Shown: positions 37,801 through 48,434 of the stretch, one piece after another
How positions within the stretch are numbered: the stretch's first letter is position 1
How the letters are laid out: each line of letters begins with the position of its first letter
Assembly (NCBI GenBank): GCA_051362555.1
Contig: CM120641.1
Location: 39,934,401-39,998,400 of the forward strand
Source of the DNA: Lingula anatina
Taxonomy: Eukaryota > Animalia > Brachiopoda
Reading direction: 5' to 3'
Length of the DNA: 64,000 nt
Program-made: the position numbers and the translations under genes
The notes under the pieces: generated by a model
The model's input: only the letters and a program-made list of their open reading frames with translations
Told to the model about the DNA's origin: nothing
The model's database searches: none

Positions 37801-40800
37801 AGTGATCAAGGTACAAATTTTGAATCGAAAATGATCAAGGAAATATGTCAATTAAGTGGGATGGAGAAATCACGTACGACTAGTTATCATCCTATGGGTA
37901 ATGGCATTACCGAAAGACTTAACCGTACACTTTTAGACATGTTAGGGACACTAGAACCAGATCAGAAGATCGACTGGAAAAAATACGTTGCGCCTCTTAT
38001 TCATGCTTACAACAGTACGGTACATGAAACTACAGGTTTTACTCCATACGAGCTTATGTTTGGGCGAAAGCCGAGGTTGGCTATAGATGTAGTATTTGGC
38101 TTAACACCGGATAACCAGAGTTTTTCTGATTATTGTGAATATGTTGATAATCTGAGAGAACGTCTTTTGCAGGCTTACAGGTTAGCACAGAGCAAAACAG
38201 AAATTAGCCAGACACAACAAAAGAAGCAATATGATAAACGAGCGAGAGGTTCTGTCTTAGAAGTGGGAGATCGGGTATTGGTTAAGGTTGTAGCATTTCA
38301 GGGCAAGCACAAAATAGCTGATCGCTGGGAACAAGATGCATATATTGTTCGTGCCCAGCCTAATCATGATATACCAGTTTATGTTGTAGAAAAAGAAAAC
38401 AAGTTGGGAGAAAAACGTGTGCTTCACAGGAACCTGTTATTACCAATATCGCAACTTCCTATTTCAGAGAAAACTACCATAGAGAGACCAAAGCCGAGGG
38501 AGAGAAAGTCATTGAGACTTCGTAATCAAATGAGAGAAAAGAGAGTGCGAGTGAGGAAAGACAGTAGTAGTAGTAGCAGTAGTGTAGATGAGGAAGATGA
38601 ATATGTGTTTGTAGGTGATAGTGTGGACAGAGAACTTAAAGAGAATGCTGGTAGAAATGATAGTGAGACGGAGCATACAGTGGAAGAAGTTGCAGCACCG
38701 GACACAGTTGAGACAGCTGAACAGGAGTCAGTTGCCAGTGAATCATTGGTGTCCGATGGTACTGAAGATCAAATTTCCCGAGATGTGAGAAAGGTTCCAG
38801 TACCTGTGCCTCGCACACCCATTCCAATCCCCAGAAGGAGTACGCGACATCGCAAACCGCCTGATTATTTAGTTATGTCTCAGGTTGCGGGGATTTGCGA
38901 AGATATTTTACGGTTGATGAGTAATTGATATATATCTCATTTGTATAATCTTACATAAATATATTGTTTAATAAAGGAACATTTTGAATGTAAATATTTG
39001 TGTATTTATATTTGTGTTTTTTTTTTTTTGTATGTATTGGTGTATGTCGGGACGACATTTCACTGGAGGGGGGAGAGTGTAACTATGTGTAAATATGAAC
39101 TCGTCACTCGTCTTGTCTTGTGACTTGATGTAGCTCTGACGCCCTCTAATTGTTCCTTTGTCTGTTCTTTTGTCTATGTCCCTTTGTTCTGTCTTCCCGC
39201 GTCTTTGCCACGTGACTTCACATTATAAAAGGCATTGACGCGGTATTTTCTAATAGTGCTGAAGTTGCTGTTCATCTGTCTGTTTCTATGTGTTTTCAGA
39301 CCAAGCCGTATTGGTATATTCAGCACTCTTTCTAAACGCCCTTGAATAAGATCAGGGGTGAAAATTTTAGTTGTAGCAATAAAATTTTACACAACCAGAG
39401 AGTCCGTCTGTTACATATATATATATATATATGATTCAAGTGCGATGATTTGAAAGTAGGGGAAACTTTTTAAGGAAAATTCAACTTGGTGGGAAAATCC
39501 TGGATAGGATACCTTTTAACATTTCATATCAGTAATTAATTTGGTATATTTTCAGCTGGTGATCCCAGTAAACCAAAGGGAGAATTGACGATGACAAAGG
39601 ACTCTGAAGAAATGATAGACGCGTTGCGAAATCTGTATGCTCACGGCGGAGCTGACTGCCCAGAGCTTGCCATGTATGGAATGGCAGAAGGCGAGTAAAA
39701 GTTGTGCATTGTTTTAATTGAAAGTTAAGGCCATTGCATTCGGGAGAATGCCATTCTTATCTTTCCAAAATAAAGCTTTACCCCAAAAACTGATTGTTTG
39801 AAAATACTACATACATGCGTCAGCGGATATTTACGTTGCACTTAATTTAACTTTCTCCGAATCATCAACACGTATGAACAATCCGTATTTGGTTTCCTAG
39901 TAGATTCTTTTTGGTTAAAGTGATGTTCCTTTTCATTATACAGGTAGAAGTGTCTACCCCTAAGGGAATAGTTTTTTCCATCGCTGCTTTATTAGTTAAC
40001 ATCCAAATTCCAAAAGTTATGGACAGATTATGATACATTTTTTAGGATAGGCCAGAAATGGGCTAGCATTCAATTGATAGGATTTTGGTAATGACCCATT
40101 TATTCATTGGTATATAATAATTGGACCCGAGATATATTGTTTGACATGGTATTTGGGTTACAAGCAGAGAGAAAAAATTATACGCTTTTCACCTTCAGCC
40201 ATTAAGGTATCTCAGCCTGGTTCCACAATATACTTTTTTACGGATGCTGATGCAAAAGACGCAGACAGAGAGAAGGAAATTGAACAGCTTGCCCTGAAAA
40301 AGAACATTAAGACTGAGATGGTGTTGACAGGAAAATGTTCTGCAAGAAGGAGACGCAGTTTGCAAGGTTTTTTTAACCACATTTAAAAAGTTTGCTTGTT
40401 TAAGTTGCACGTCTTGTAAAGGTCAAATAAACAAATGAATAGATAAATATTAAACTAATTTAAATAAACAAATAAAAATTTGAAAGGTAAAATATAAAAA
40501 TCAGTTTAAAAGTAGTATTTTAGGTTCCTATGGTGATGTTATTTAAGTGAACTACTGTGAGCTTATCTATATTCTGTTTCAGATAATACTTTGATGGCAT
40601 TTACAGTCGTCGATATATTCCAAGTTGTTTAACACTGCATATCTTGTGTTCTAGAAAACAGTGAAAGGTCCAGACGAAAACGTTCTGTCTTCACACCGCC
40701 TAGTTTGTATACAAAATTAGCAGAAGCCACAGGAGGGACCGTGTATATCACAGATAACACTCATATAAGCAGTGTCGTTGGTATTATTCAGGTATGGAAA

Positions 40801-43800
40801 ACGTGGTGGAAAGGGCTTTTACAATATTTTTTAACTGAAAACTTCATTGACCAGTGGATAAGCAAAATAAATTCTAAAGCCAACATCATTTGGCAATTAT
40901 TTTTACGTGTGTTTTTTTTTTCCTCCTGGTAAAGACATTTTATATACTATACTTTTCGTTTTATCAAAGGAAGCTACAAGAACAGCCACTGTGAGTGTCA
41001 CGCGTTTCATCAGCGATGATAGTTCCAAAAATTTCACGGTGGACAGCCAATTAAGTGAACTATCTGTTAAGATACTGGGCTCTTCTTATACACCCTCTAT
41101 AAGCGTCTTCCTGCCCGATGGTAAGGCAAAAAGCACGGAAAATAAAGTTTTTCCTGTGTATACTTTATTGCGAAAAGATGCCATTTTTTTTTCAAATTGT
41201 TCGAAATGTAATTTGATTATAAGATCAAACATTGAAAGGGTCGTAAACATTTAGTAGTATTTATATCAGGTAAGGTTTAACAAATTATTTGTTACAAATA
41301 GAATACTGCATATAAACTTTGTTTTGCCTACTGCAGGAACCTCTCATCCAATGAGTGGCAATGATTTTAACGTCACAAGCCTAGGACCATATGCCAAAGT
41401 TTTTACGTTTAAGGTAACTCCATATTTGTAACTCAAAACCCTTGTGAGTAGATGGATACTGTAGTGTTATCTCTGATATCAGAATGCTTTGTCTTACCAA
41501 AAGTATACATTTGACTGAATTTCTGTTTCTTGTACGTTATAATAAAATGGACTTGCGTTTTCATCTGGAATTCACGCTTTTCTCTTCTTTCCGCTTTGCA
41601 ATTTGGCTCAAATATTGGATATTAGACAGACCTCATTTTCTGCCAACCAAACATTTGTGCGTCGATAAAATAAATCGGAATCTCCGCTCATGGCTAAATC
41701 ATGACGAATATAGAAATCATCGTTTGAAAAAAGTTTACATCGTTTGAAAAAAGGCCTGTTTTAGTTGTGCCCTTTTGACACATTGTATCTTATATTAGAA
41801 ATTATATAAAAAATCGTTAACTTTCAGAACCCTCCGCCAGGAATCTGGTCATATCAGCGCCTGTCTTCAGTAGAGAGTTGGCAGGTGGACATAACTGGCC
41901 AGAGTATGCTGGATTTTCTCTATGATTTCCTGGAAAAAGATGAAGTTACTGACACGTTGTATGCTGCCACTGGACGTCCAATCGCCGGTATGAAATAGAA
42001 ATCCATGTCATGCATCTGTATTTTTCAGAACGTTAGTATAAGGAAATTGAAAATAAAATAGATTATCAAATCTCACAAATTTCTTGTTTATGAACTGGCC
42101 CTTATCCGGCTTATTAAGACCATAGTTTTTCATTTGCAACAGCATCACAAATATTGTCCTTTTCGTAGGAGTCAACACATCTATTCTGATCAGGGTGACC
42201 GATGTGTACGACAATAATTCTTTGACAACAGTAAAACTTCAAGATGAGAATGGTAATACCGCCAGTGAAATATGGCCTCTCAGGGGCGGTGAGCAACTGC
42301 GCAACTACTATTTTGCAACGCAAGTTCTACCATCAGAGGTATTATTTGTTTAACTGTTTGAAAGAAGAAAAGAAAAGTAATTTGAATACTTTTCGAAAAT
42401 ATATCCGTTCAATTTTATAAGCGGTATTTGAAGTATAGCAAGTATATTTCTATACGAAGTATTCCCTGTTAGAAAACTGTTTCACTTAACCACTTCATCT
42501 GAATATAAGTAGCGCTTTTCTTAAAGGACATCATCCTCTCAATTTGGGTGGGAGTATCAAGGCAATTTCAGAATATAGATAATCTAGAAACTGACAATTT
42601 CAGAGTTTTCGTCTGGCCATCGAGGGCTATGACAGCAGAGGGTATAGATTTACAAGGCTGTCTACCGCCATGGTTAAAACAGTAGGACTGAAGCTTCAGG
42701 TCCATCCTATACCAGGTAAGTAAACCTCAGGTCCATCCTATACCAGGTAAGTAAACCTCAGGTCCATCCTATACCAGGTAAGGAAATCTCAGGCCCATCC
42801 TATACCAGGTTGGTCAACATTAGGTCTGTCCTATACCAGGTAAGTTAACCTCAGGTCCATCCTATACCAGGTAAGTAAACCTCAGGTCCATCCTATACCA
42901 GGTAAGGAAATCTCATGCCCATCCTATACCAGGTTGGTCAACATTAGGTCTGTACTTTACCAGGTAAGTTAACCTCAAGTTTATCCTTTAAGCCCCTTTT
43001 ACATTGGACGGCGTCCTTGCTGTGTCCCGTAATACGGCCTCGTTTGACATTAAAAAAAACTTTACGTGCCGACAACTGGCCGATCATTGAGCATTCATTC
43101 TGCAACCAAAGCGATGCTTGTGCCTCCTTTCTACGACCACAGCGATGCCAGCTGTATGGTCACACAAAGGACGCAGAAAGGACGCCTCCCAGTGTAAAGG
43201 GGGTTTTGCCAGGTTAGAAAATCTCAAGTCCATCCTAAACCAGGCTAATAGATCTCAGGTCCAACATATACCAGTTAATATAGGTCCATACTATACTATA
43301 CTACACCTGGTTAGTAAACCTATCCTATACCAGGTTAATTAGGCGTTAGGTTTGTTCAGAAAAGGACTGATTTAGATCGAAAATCTGTTTAATGTAAAAC
43401 ATCCGAAGAAAATATTATATAAAGATATATTTGAAATAAACCGTCTGGTGTGCCATCATCATAATGCACACAGTGTGCTATAAAAGCTCATTGTTATTTA
43501 TTTTAAAAATAATAATTTTTGTAAATGTTGTTAGGGTTTTGTATTACATTTACATAACCACCAGTTTTATAATAAATATGATGAATAAGGGAAATTTTTG
43601 TAAATCATTATAAAGAGATTGCTCTTTTTTTTTTCACTCCAATCCTTTTGGTCCATTCTAAAGTCAACTGATGAAAATCCATCTTCTATATTTCAGCCTT
43701 ATACACTAGGGAAACCGTCTATGTAAATTATACAGTAACCAATACTGGACCAGCAGGCAACTTTAATGTGTCAATCCTCGACACTGAAAATTTGGTCACT

Positions 43801-45754
43801 GGATCAGCGTTTTCAGTGTTCTACCTATCTGAACATGAAAATAGGACTGGTTCTTTCACCCTGTATGGGGGTATTGATCCAAACGTAACAAGGTGAAAAT
43901 AAGTTTTACTTTAGCCCTACTTAAACTGATGTGATGAAAAACGATCTTCAGTTTCCGACATGTATGAGAGAATACAGATATCGTATATTTTACATTATTG
44001 TATTGTAAAAGTACGCTCACTTATTTTCCAGAAGTTCAGTTTGTTTTACACTAACGTTCGCTTATTTTACCCATCTTCATTTATGTATTTGCAATTTTAC
44101 GTTAAATACTTATTGATATAGTACGTGATGTCCAATACACCTGTCTATATCAAGAAAATATATATATATATATAAACAGTGTGACTTTTTATGTTTTTGT
44201 AGCACGATGACAATATCGGCGGCGCCCAGCGGTGGAGGTAATTTAACAGCTCAATACAAAATACGGCGGATATCTGTCGGGGAGAGGCTTGAAGAGGTAC
44301 ACCTGTCGCACTTACTTGTTGCAATTAGAAAATGAAAGAGACAAAATTATTTTTTCAGACAAATTTCTAACCGAAATCAATGGAGATTTTCTAAATAATA
44401 CTCTGAATGTGAACACATGGGTGTCTTTATAAAGATCTTTTTTCAACTATCAATTCTGACATCGATATTTTGGCACTTTCAACGCATTTTGGTTTATTAT
44501 ATTTTACCATGCCATATATTCTAGTGTATGAATATTTCAGGTTGAGGATGATGCCGCTCCAAACTGCACCATTTTGTCGTCCTTTGGCCCATGTCGGCTA
44601 GAGCAGCTGGATCCCTGCGTGTGCCACGCCCACTTGTGGCACGTGACTGTTGAGATCACCGAAACTGGGTTTGGCTTGCATCGTATCTACGCTGGAAAAC
44701 TTAACAGTAGTTCTGCAGCGTTTTCTTACGACAATTTCACATCTGCGTCTTCACTTACAAACCCGGTGATGGTAAATGTGAGGTAAAAATTTAATAAGAT
44801 CTGTCAAAAGTAACGATTAAATTAAAAAATAATGATGCAGATATTGTCGCCAACCAAAAGAAAAGTCATGGCCTTGTGTAAGGAGAGTATCTCGGTCGAA
44901 GCCAATTCAGTTAACTCAACGAAAGAGCTTACTGGTAATTTCGAAACACGCACAAAAATAATGACTAAAAAGAATTTCAAAATTTTAAATGCCCGCCATA
45001 ATATGCAAACATTTTCTCCTTCAGCTCTGATTGTTGTAACCCTCTAGTTTACATCAACGCGGGGGACTTAGCCGGTAACCTTGGCCAATGTACCATAGAC
45101 CACAGGTTACATGGAGTTCCCAGTGAGTGTATTGAAACCACTACGACTACCGAGGACACCACAACCGCGTATGATGCGCCGACAACAGGTACGGCGAAGA
45201 ACCCAGAGGCCACGACTGTTAGTGCCACTACCGATACCATTGCTGCTACACAAAATACCGCAACCCCATCAGTAACCAATGGTGAATCAACACTTTCATT
45301 CGAAGTTTCTACTCCCGTTGACGTGTCAGTTACTATTCCATCCAATGAAACAGTTCGACAAGGCTATTCGAATAGTCGATATGGAGAACCGAATACCAAT
45401 GAGCCTATCATCCCAACTTACGGTATAGCTCTTTTGGTGGTAGGGGTCATCATCGTTATTCTTGGAGGCACATTGCTCCTTTATAAGAAAGGAATTATTT
45501 TCAAATCTCTTAATTTACAAAGACGAATTGTCCCCTGCCAAGATGTAGATGTCATCAAAGCAGACTACGTCGTGGATGGGAAAAGTTCTGCATCAGTAAA
45601 TGAGAACAACGGTGAATCGAGTGCACCAGTAAATGAGAACAACGGTGACTCGAGTGCATCAGTAAATGAGAACAACGGTGACTCGAGTGCACCTGAAGCC
45701 ACTTTAAACCATGTACAAAAAGACGTGGTTATAGATGATTTCATTTATGTATAA
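27142..45754 (+). CDS. VWA7-like type I membrane protein, copy 2 (19 exons, e.g. 27142-27403, 28895-29020, 29569-29745, 31390-31602, 39556-39690, 40655-40791, 42604-42715, 44541-44782, 45025-45754)
   Basis: Exons checked have the same lengths and phases as copy 1 (the last exon is shorter but in frame) and I saw no stops; Gypsy lies in intron 7. Confidence 0.85.
28062..28490. mobile_element. Two adjacent short palindromic MITE-like elements in intron 1 of copy 2
   Basis: atcggtctatgtagatcgaccaagctctgc / gcagagctgggtcgatctacgtcaaccgat (28062-28235); atctccaagggg..cttaagcgg / ccgcttaag..ccccttggagat (~28250-28490). Similar element at ~52640-52835; truncated copy at ~12010-12185. Confidence 0.6.
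31799..32136 (+). repeat. 5' LTR
   Basis: tgtaac...gttaca; no difference from 39078-39415 found by eye; contains tataaaa and aataaa. Confidence 0.95.
33583..34722 (+). CDS. gag: Gag (PNMA-like capsid, RGG-rich stretch, CCHC knuckle)
   Basis: PKLAIFSG..YEAW; KSLRGEAA; QKEGESVAEWGCRLE; CFRCGQPGHVAVGC. Confidence 0.93.
   Translation: MATGGARMSDKEKDKLVAAFEALDANPDSDHLEQWMEEYVRSHEREERGERSTHSQPREYMPPPYYTAPKLAIFSGDFNKDATYEAWCFEVNSLRSGRVFPEHVVSTAVKKSLRGEAAKIVQRLGINCTLDEILAKFKGIYGAVEDRENLLSKFYSANQKEGESVAEWGCRLEDILYRALDDRIMSTDSRNDMLRIKFWSGLHKPLKEALRHKLDTELTFDQLRVESRKIEGELGLLPSENKNIKSVHVKQTTAETKSNDCELRGMINQINSRFDRIEKRFNALENNAAMSSGQETVHVSDRIPRTRGIGRGQGRGYRRGRGRTYSSFSGQRSFSVTNRNSQINNASKEIICFRCGQPGHVAVGCRADISAHLNSKESV
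34698..34738 (+). promoter_or_regulatory. -1 programmed ribosomal frameshift signal
   Basis: Slippery T TTA AAC in gag frame, 6-nt spacer, 9-bp hairpin gagtctgtt-N10-aacagactc; the -1 frame is open into pol. Confidence 0.85.
34704..38928 (+). CDS. pol: Pol (protease, RT, RNase H, integrase) with one +1 frameshift near 37735
   Basis: LLDTGA; LRLCVDYRQLN; YLDD; TDAC; YTDNNPL; HHCC zinc finger; IHSDQG in the shifted frame; ERLNRTL; VGDRVL. Confidence 0.93.
39078..39415 (+). repeat. 3' LTR
   Basis: Matches the 5' LTR; follows the PPT. Confidence 0.95.
42696..43340 (+). repeat. Expanded 31-bp splice-donor minisatellite in copy 2, interrupted by a MITE at ~42990-43206
   Basis: About 9 units before the MITE and degenerate units after; MITE TIR cccctttt acattggacggcgtcctt / aaggacgcctcccagtgtaaagggg. 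Confidence 0.85.
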
Positions 45755-47218
45755 AAGACAGAAAAGATTTGCCTGATATTTGTACTCGGCCAAATGACTC
45801 CTGAGTACAGTTGGTGCACGGTCTAGATGTACATGTACATGTGCAGTGACCTACTTGTGATAGAATCAATATTCTCATTATCTGGGTTCGCTTTGCTCAG
45901 TGTATTATTTTCAAAAATGAAACATCGTATTATATTGTTATTTATCATTTGTAAATATATGTTTATATTTTAATAATGAAAAAAAATTAGAAAAATTATT
46001 TGAGCTCTAAGGAATGCACCTTGTAAAGTACACATAAACTGTTGAACTCGAGAACCGCTTTCTACACTTGTTAAACAAGTGCCATCAGACATTACGAACG
46101 GCGCGTTTGTATCAGGTCGTTCTACATTGTAATTTGGTTTGACCTTTAAGTTGTGCGCTGTATGCTTTATGCTGCTCATACCAAGTATTCATTGCCATAG
46201 GATAGTACCTTGCCACCGAGATGTGATGCCAAAGACAGCTATATCTGATAGGGTGTGTTTGCCGCGTAGCACGTGCTAAATTGTAAACGGATGTGATGTA
46301 CAGAACAGAAAACCTTTCATTTTAAGAGTACAGTTATTAGACTTACCCCATAAAATACAACAATTACAGGGATCAGTATCATATATTAGGTCTGATCAAG
46401 GATATTTTAATTTTCAGAACGACAATGAAGCATAAAGATACATATAATTGATGTTTATGGCAACAATAAAATATACATTTGATTATCGATTTCTACTCTT
46501 CGTTGGCATAATTATTTGTAAAGTTTTTATTACCGTCGATGTGGTGTGAGGCCACTTACGTTCCTAAGTTAAAAATGTCCGCCAAAATTACTTTTCTTTT
46601 ACACAGATATAAAATGCATAAGAATATTCGTTAACGTTACTTTTTTCAAGCTTTTAAAGAATCAAGGATTGTGTTTTAAAATATCTTCATACAATACTAA
46701 CCTCTTAAAATTCACATTTACACGTTTTAGGCAGATTGAAATTAAAACATTCAATGATCAGTAAAACTGTCATAATCAGCCAAAATGTGGAAAAAAACAA
46801 GAACTACTATGCTTCCTGTAATTTATCTTCTTCGTTAGTAATAATGGCTTTACTCTCCTTGTTCTTTTCTATTTTTCTAATTCCGGTACTAAATTAACAA
46901 AATTATATTTTATACAAAGAAGAATTGGCATATTACAATAGGGGCTCTTGATTATGATTAAATTAAATGGTCACCCAAGATATGTTATCTTGTCCATATT
47001 GATAGTACTAATATATATGTTATAATACCTTGTTAAGGTATTAACCCTTTTTAACCAAATACAAATATACCAAATTATACAAAAAATTACAAATCAGTTT
47101 TTGTGTAAGTAAACGTGCATTTAAAAGGCGTTAACATTTTGTTCTTCATTACCAATGGTTACTGTTCATCATATCTTTCCATATAATTAACGCTTAGACT
47201 ACTACACTGCAGTGAATT

Positions 47219-48316
47219 TCAAGGAAGATATTGCTTTCCCTTGTTCCTTGGAATGATGTGCAAATCTCGAACATCATCGTGGTTGAGCAGCCAGCATAAA
47301 TAACGCTCGGATCCCATGCCCCAACCACTGGTCTTCAATGGCTTCACGTTGCGCATTTCCATATACCACTCATAGGGTTTGGGATGTATGGTGTGATGTT
47401 CTAAAGCTTGCCCAACTTCAGTGGCTGTTACATGACGTTCCCCAAGACCGAGGGTCTCCCCAACACCCATCAAAAGATCAGCGGTCATACCTTTTCGGCG
47501 AGATTTGTCGGCGTAACATTGATAAAATGGAACTGACATGTGGTCCATCTCTGTCAACCAGACAACCCCTCCAAATTTTTCTATCAAAAAACGTTCTCCT
47601 TCTCGGGTAATCTTTTGTCCCATATCTTTACGACCGGGGACCACCTCTTCACAACAGTCTTCGCTTGGAAACAGTGCGATGGCCTGGTCCAGTGTGATTC
47701 GCGGTAATGGTTTCCCAGCCTCCATAGTATCAATGAGATGCTCGACATGTCCTGTTGTCCCTGCTGTGGCCAGGATGAAGTCCCTGTGAGATTGCAGCAT
47801 GCTCTTTGTCAAGTGATAGATGTAACCTTCAGCGACATTGATTGCGTTCTCCATTTTCCCCAGTAATTCACATTCTACATGGAAAAACTGGTTCAGATGA
47901 GTGGCATCTGGGTCCTCTCCACGGAAACTTGGAGACAAGCAGTATACGCCAGGACAGCCATTTTGGAAACGCAGAAAGTATTCAAGGTTGAATTGCATAG
48001 AATCTGCAAGGTAAGTCTTTTGGCCGTGCAAATTTATATCAACTGGTTCTGAATCCGACCCCAACCACATTGGATACGAAATACAATGAGTTGTCAATGG
48101 AGCCAGGGCGTAGCTGTATTTACAGTTGCCATGAAAATACTCAGCTGTGGTATGGAATAAGGTGTTCTGAACTTGGAATAAGTTTTGATACCAAGGGCTG
48201 CGAATAGCAGCAACTGAGTGGGTTTCTGCGTCTTTCCAGGATTTTGGTGCCGCAATGGATTCAGTTTTTCTAGAAAACTTCGATAACTCGCTGCCAACAG
48301 CCTTCGGATTATCCAT
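47219..48316 (-). CDS. Intronless AsnRS-catalytic-domain-only protein (asparagine synthetase A / AsnRS2-like), 365 aa from first ATG
   Basis: PMWLGSDSEPV; YLADSMQF; class II motif 2 SPSFRGEDPDATHLNQFFHVECE; PFY; DLL..GETLGLGER; YEWYMEMR; motif 3 SGWGMGSERYLCWLL; DVRD..IIPR. No OB-fold anticodon-binding domain. The ORF-track start at 48352 is GTG; first ATG is 48316. Confidence 0.88.
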   Translation of the reverse strand: MDNPKAVGSELSKFSRKTESIAAPKSWKDAETHSVAAIRSPWYQNLFQVQNTLFHTTAEYFHGNCKYSYALAPLTTHCISYPMWLGSDSEPVDINLHGQKTYLADSMQFNLEYFLRFQNGCPGVYCLSPSFRGEDPDATHLNQFFHVECELLGKMENAINVAEGYIYHLTKSMLQSHRDFILATAGTTGHVEHLIDTMEAGKPLPRITLDQAIALFPSEDCCEEVVPGRKDMGQKITREGERFLIEKFGGVVWLTEMDHMSVPFYQCYADKSRRKGMTADLLMGVGETLGLGERHVTATEVGQALEHHTIHPKPYEWYMEMRNVKPLKTSGWGMGSERYLCWLLNHDDVRDLHIIPRNKGKQYLP

Positions 48317-48427
48317 GCTACCTACAAAAGGGATACAACCACTGGATTTCACAGTTTGGACCGGGTACTATGAACTTGCTTGAGAGTAGTATATATTATC
48401 CTGCGGATGCGATGTGTTTGGAAACTC

Positions 48428-48434
48428 TTTTATA
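48428..48434 (-). promoter_or_regulatory. Candidate TATA box of the AsnRS-like gene
   Basis: TATAAAA(GAG) on the minus strand ~110 nt upstream of the ATG; weak evidence in AT-rich DNA. Confidence 0.4.

Larger units (their letters stand above)
31799..39415 (+). mobile_element. Full-length Ty3/Gypsy LTR retrotransposon inserted in a (TA)n tract
   Basis: 338-bp TG...CA LTRs, PBS tggtgccgcgagccggga at 32139, PPT gaggggggagag before 39078, gag then PR-RT-RH-IN order. Confidence 0.97.

Noticed and set aside
38500-38928. Possible env or chromodomain at the end of pol
   Set aside because: Low-complexity basic/acidic tail ending in RRSTRHRKPPDYL, typical of Gypsy integrase tails; no TM segment or chromodomain signature.
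47219-48352. AsnRS-like gene as contamination or as transposon cargo
   Set aside because: Flanks are collinear with host unit 1, which keeps a fragment of the ORF; no TIR, LTR, TSD or poly-A tail found around it.
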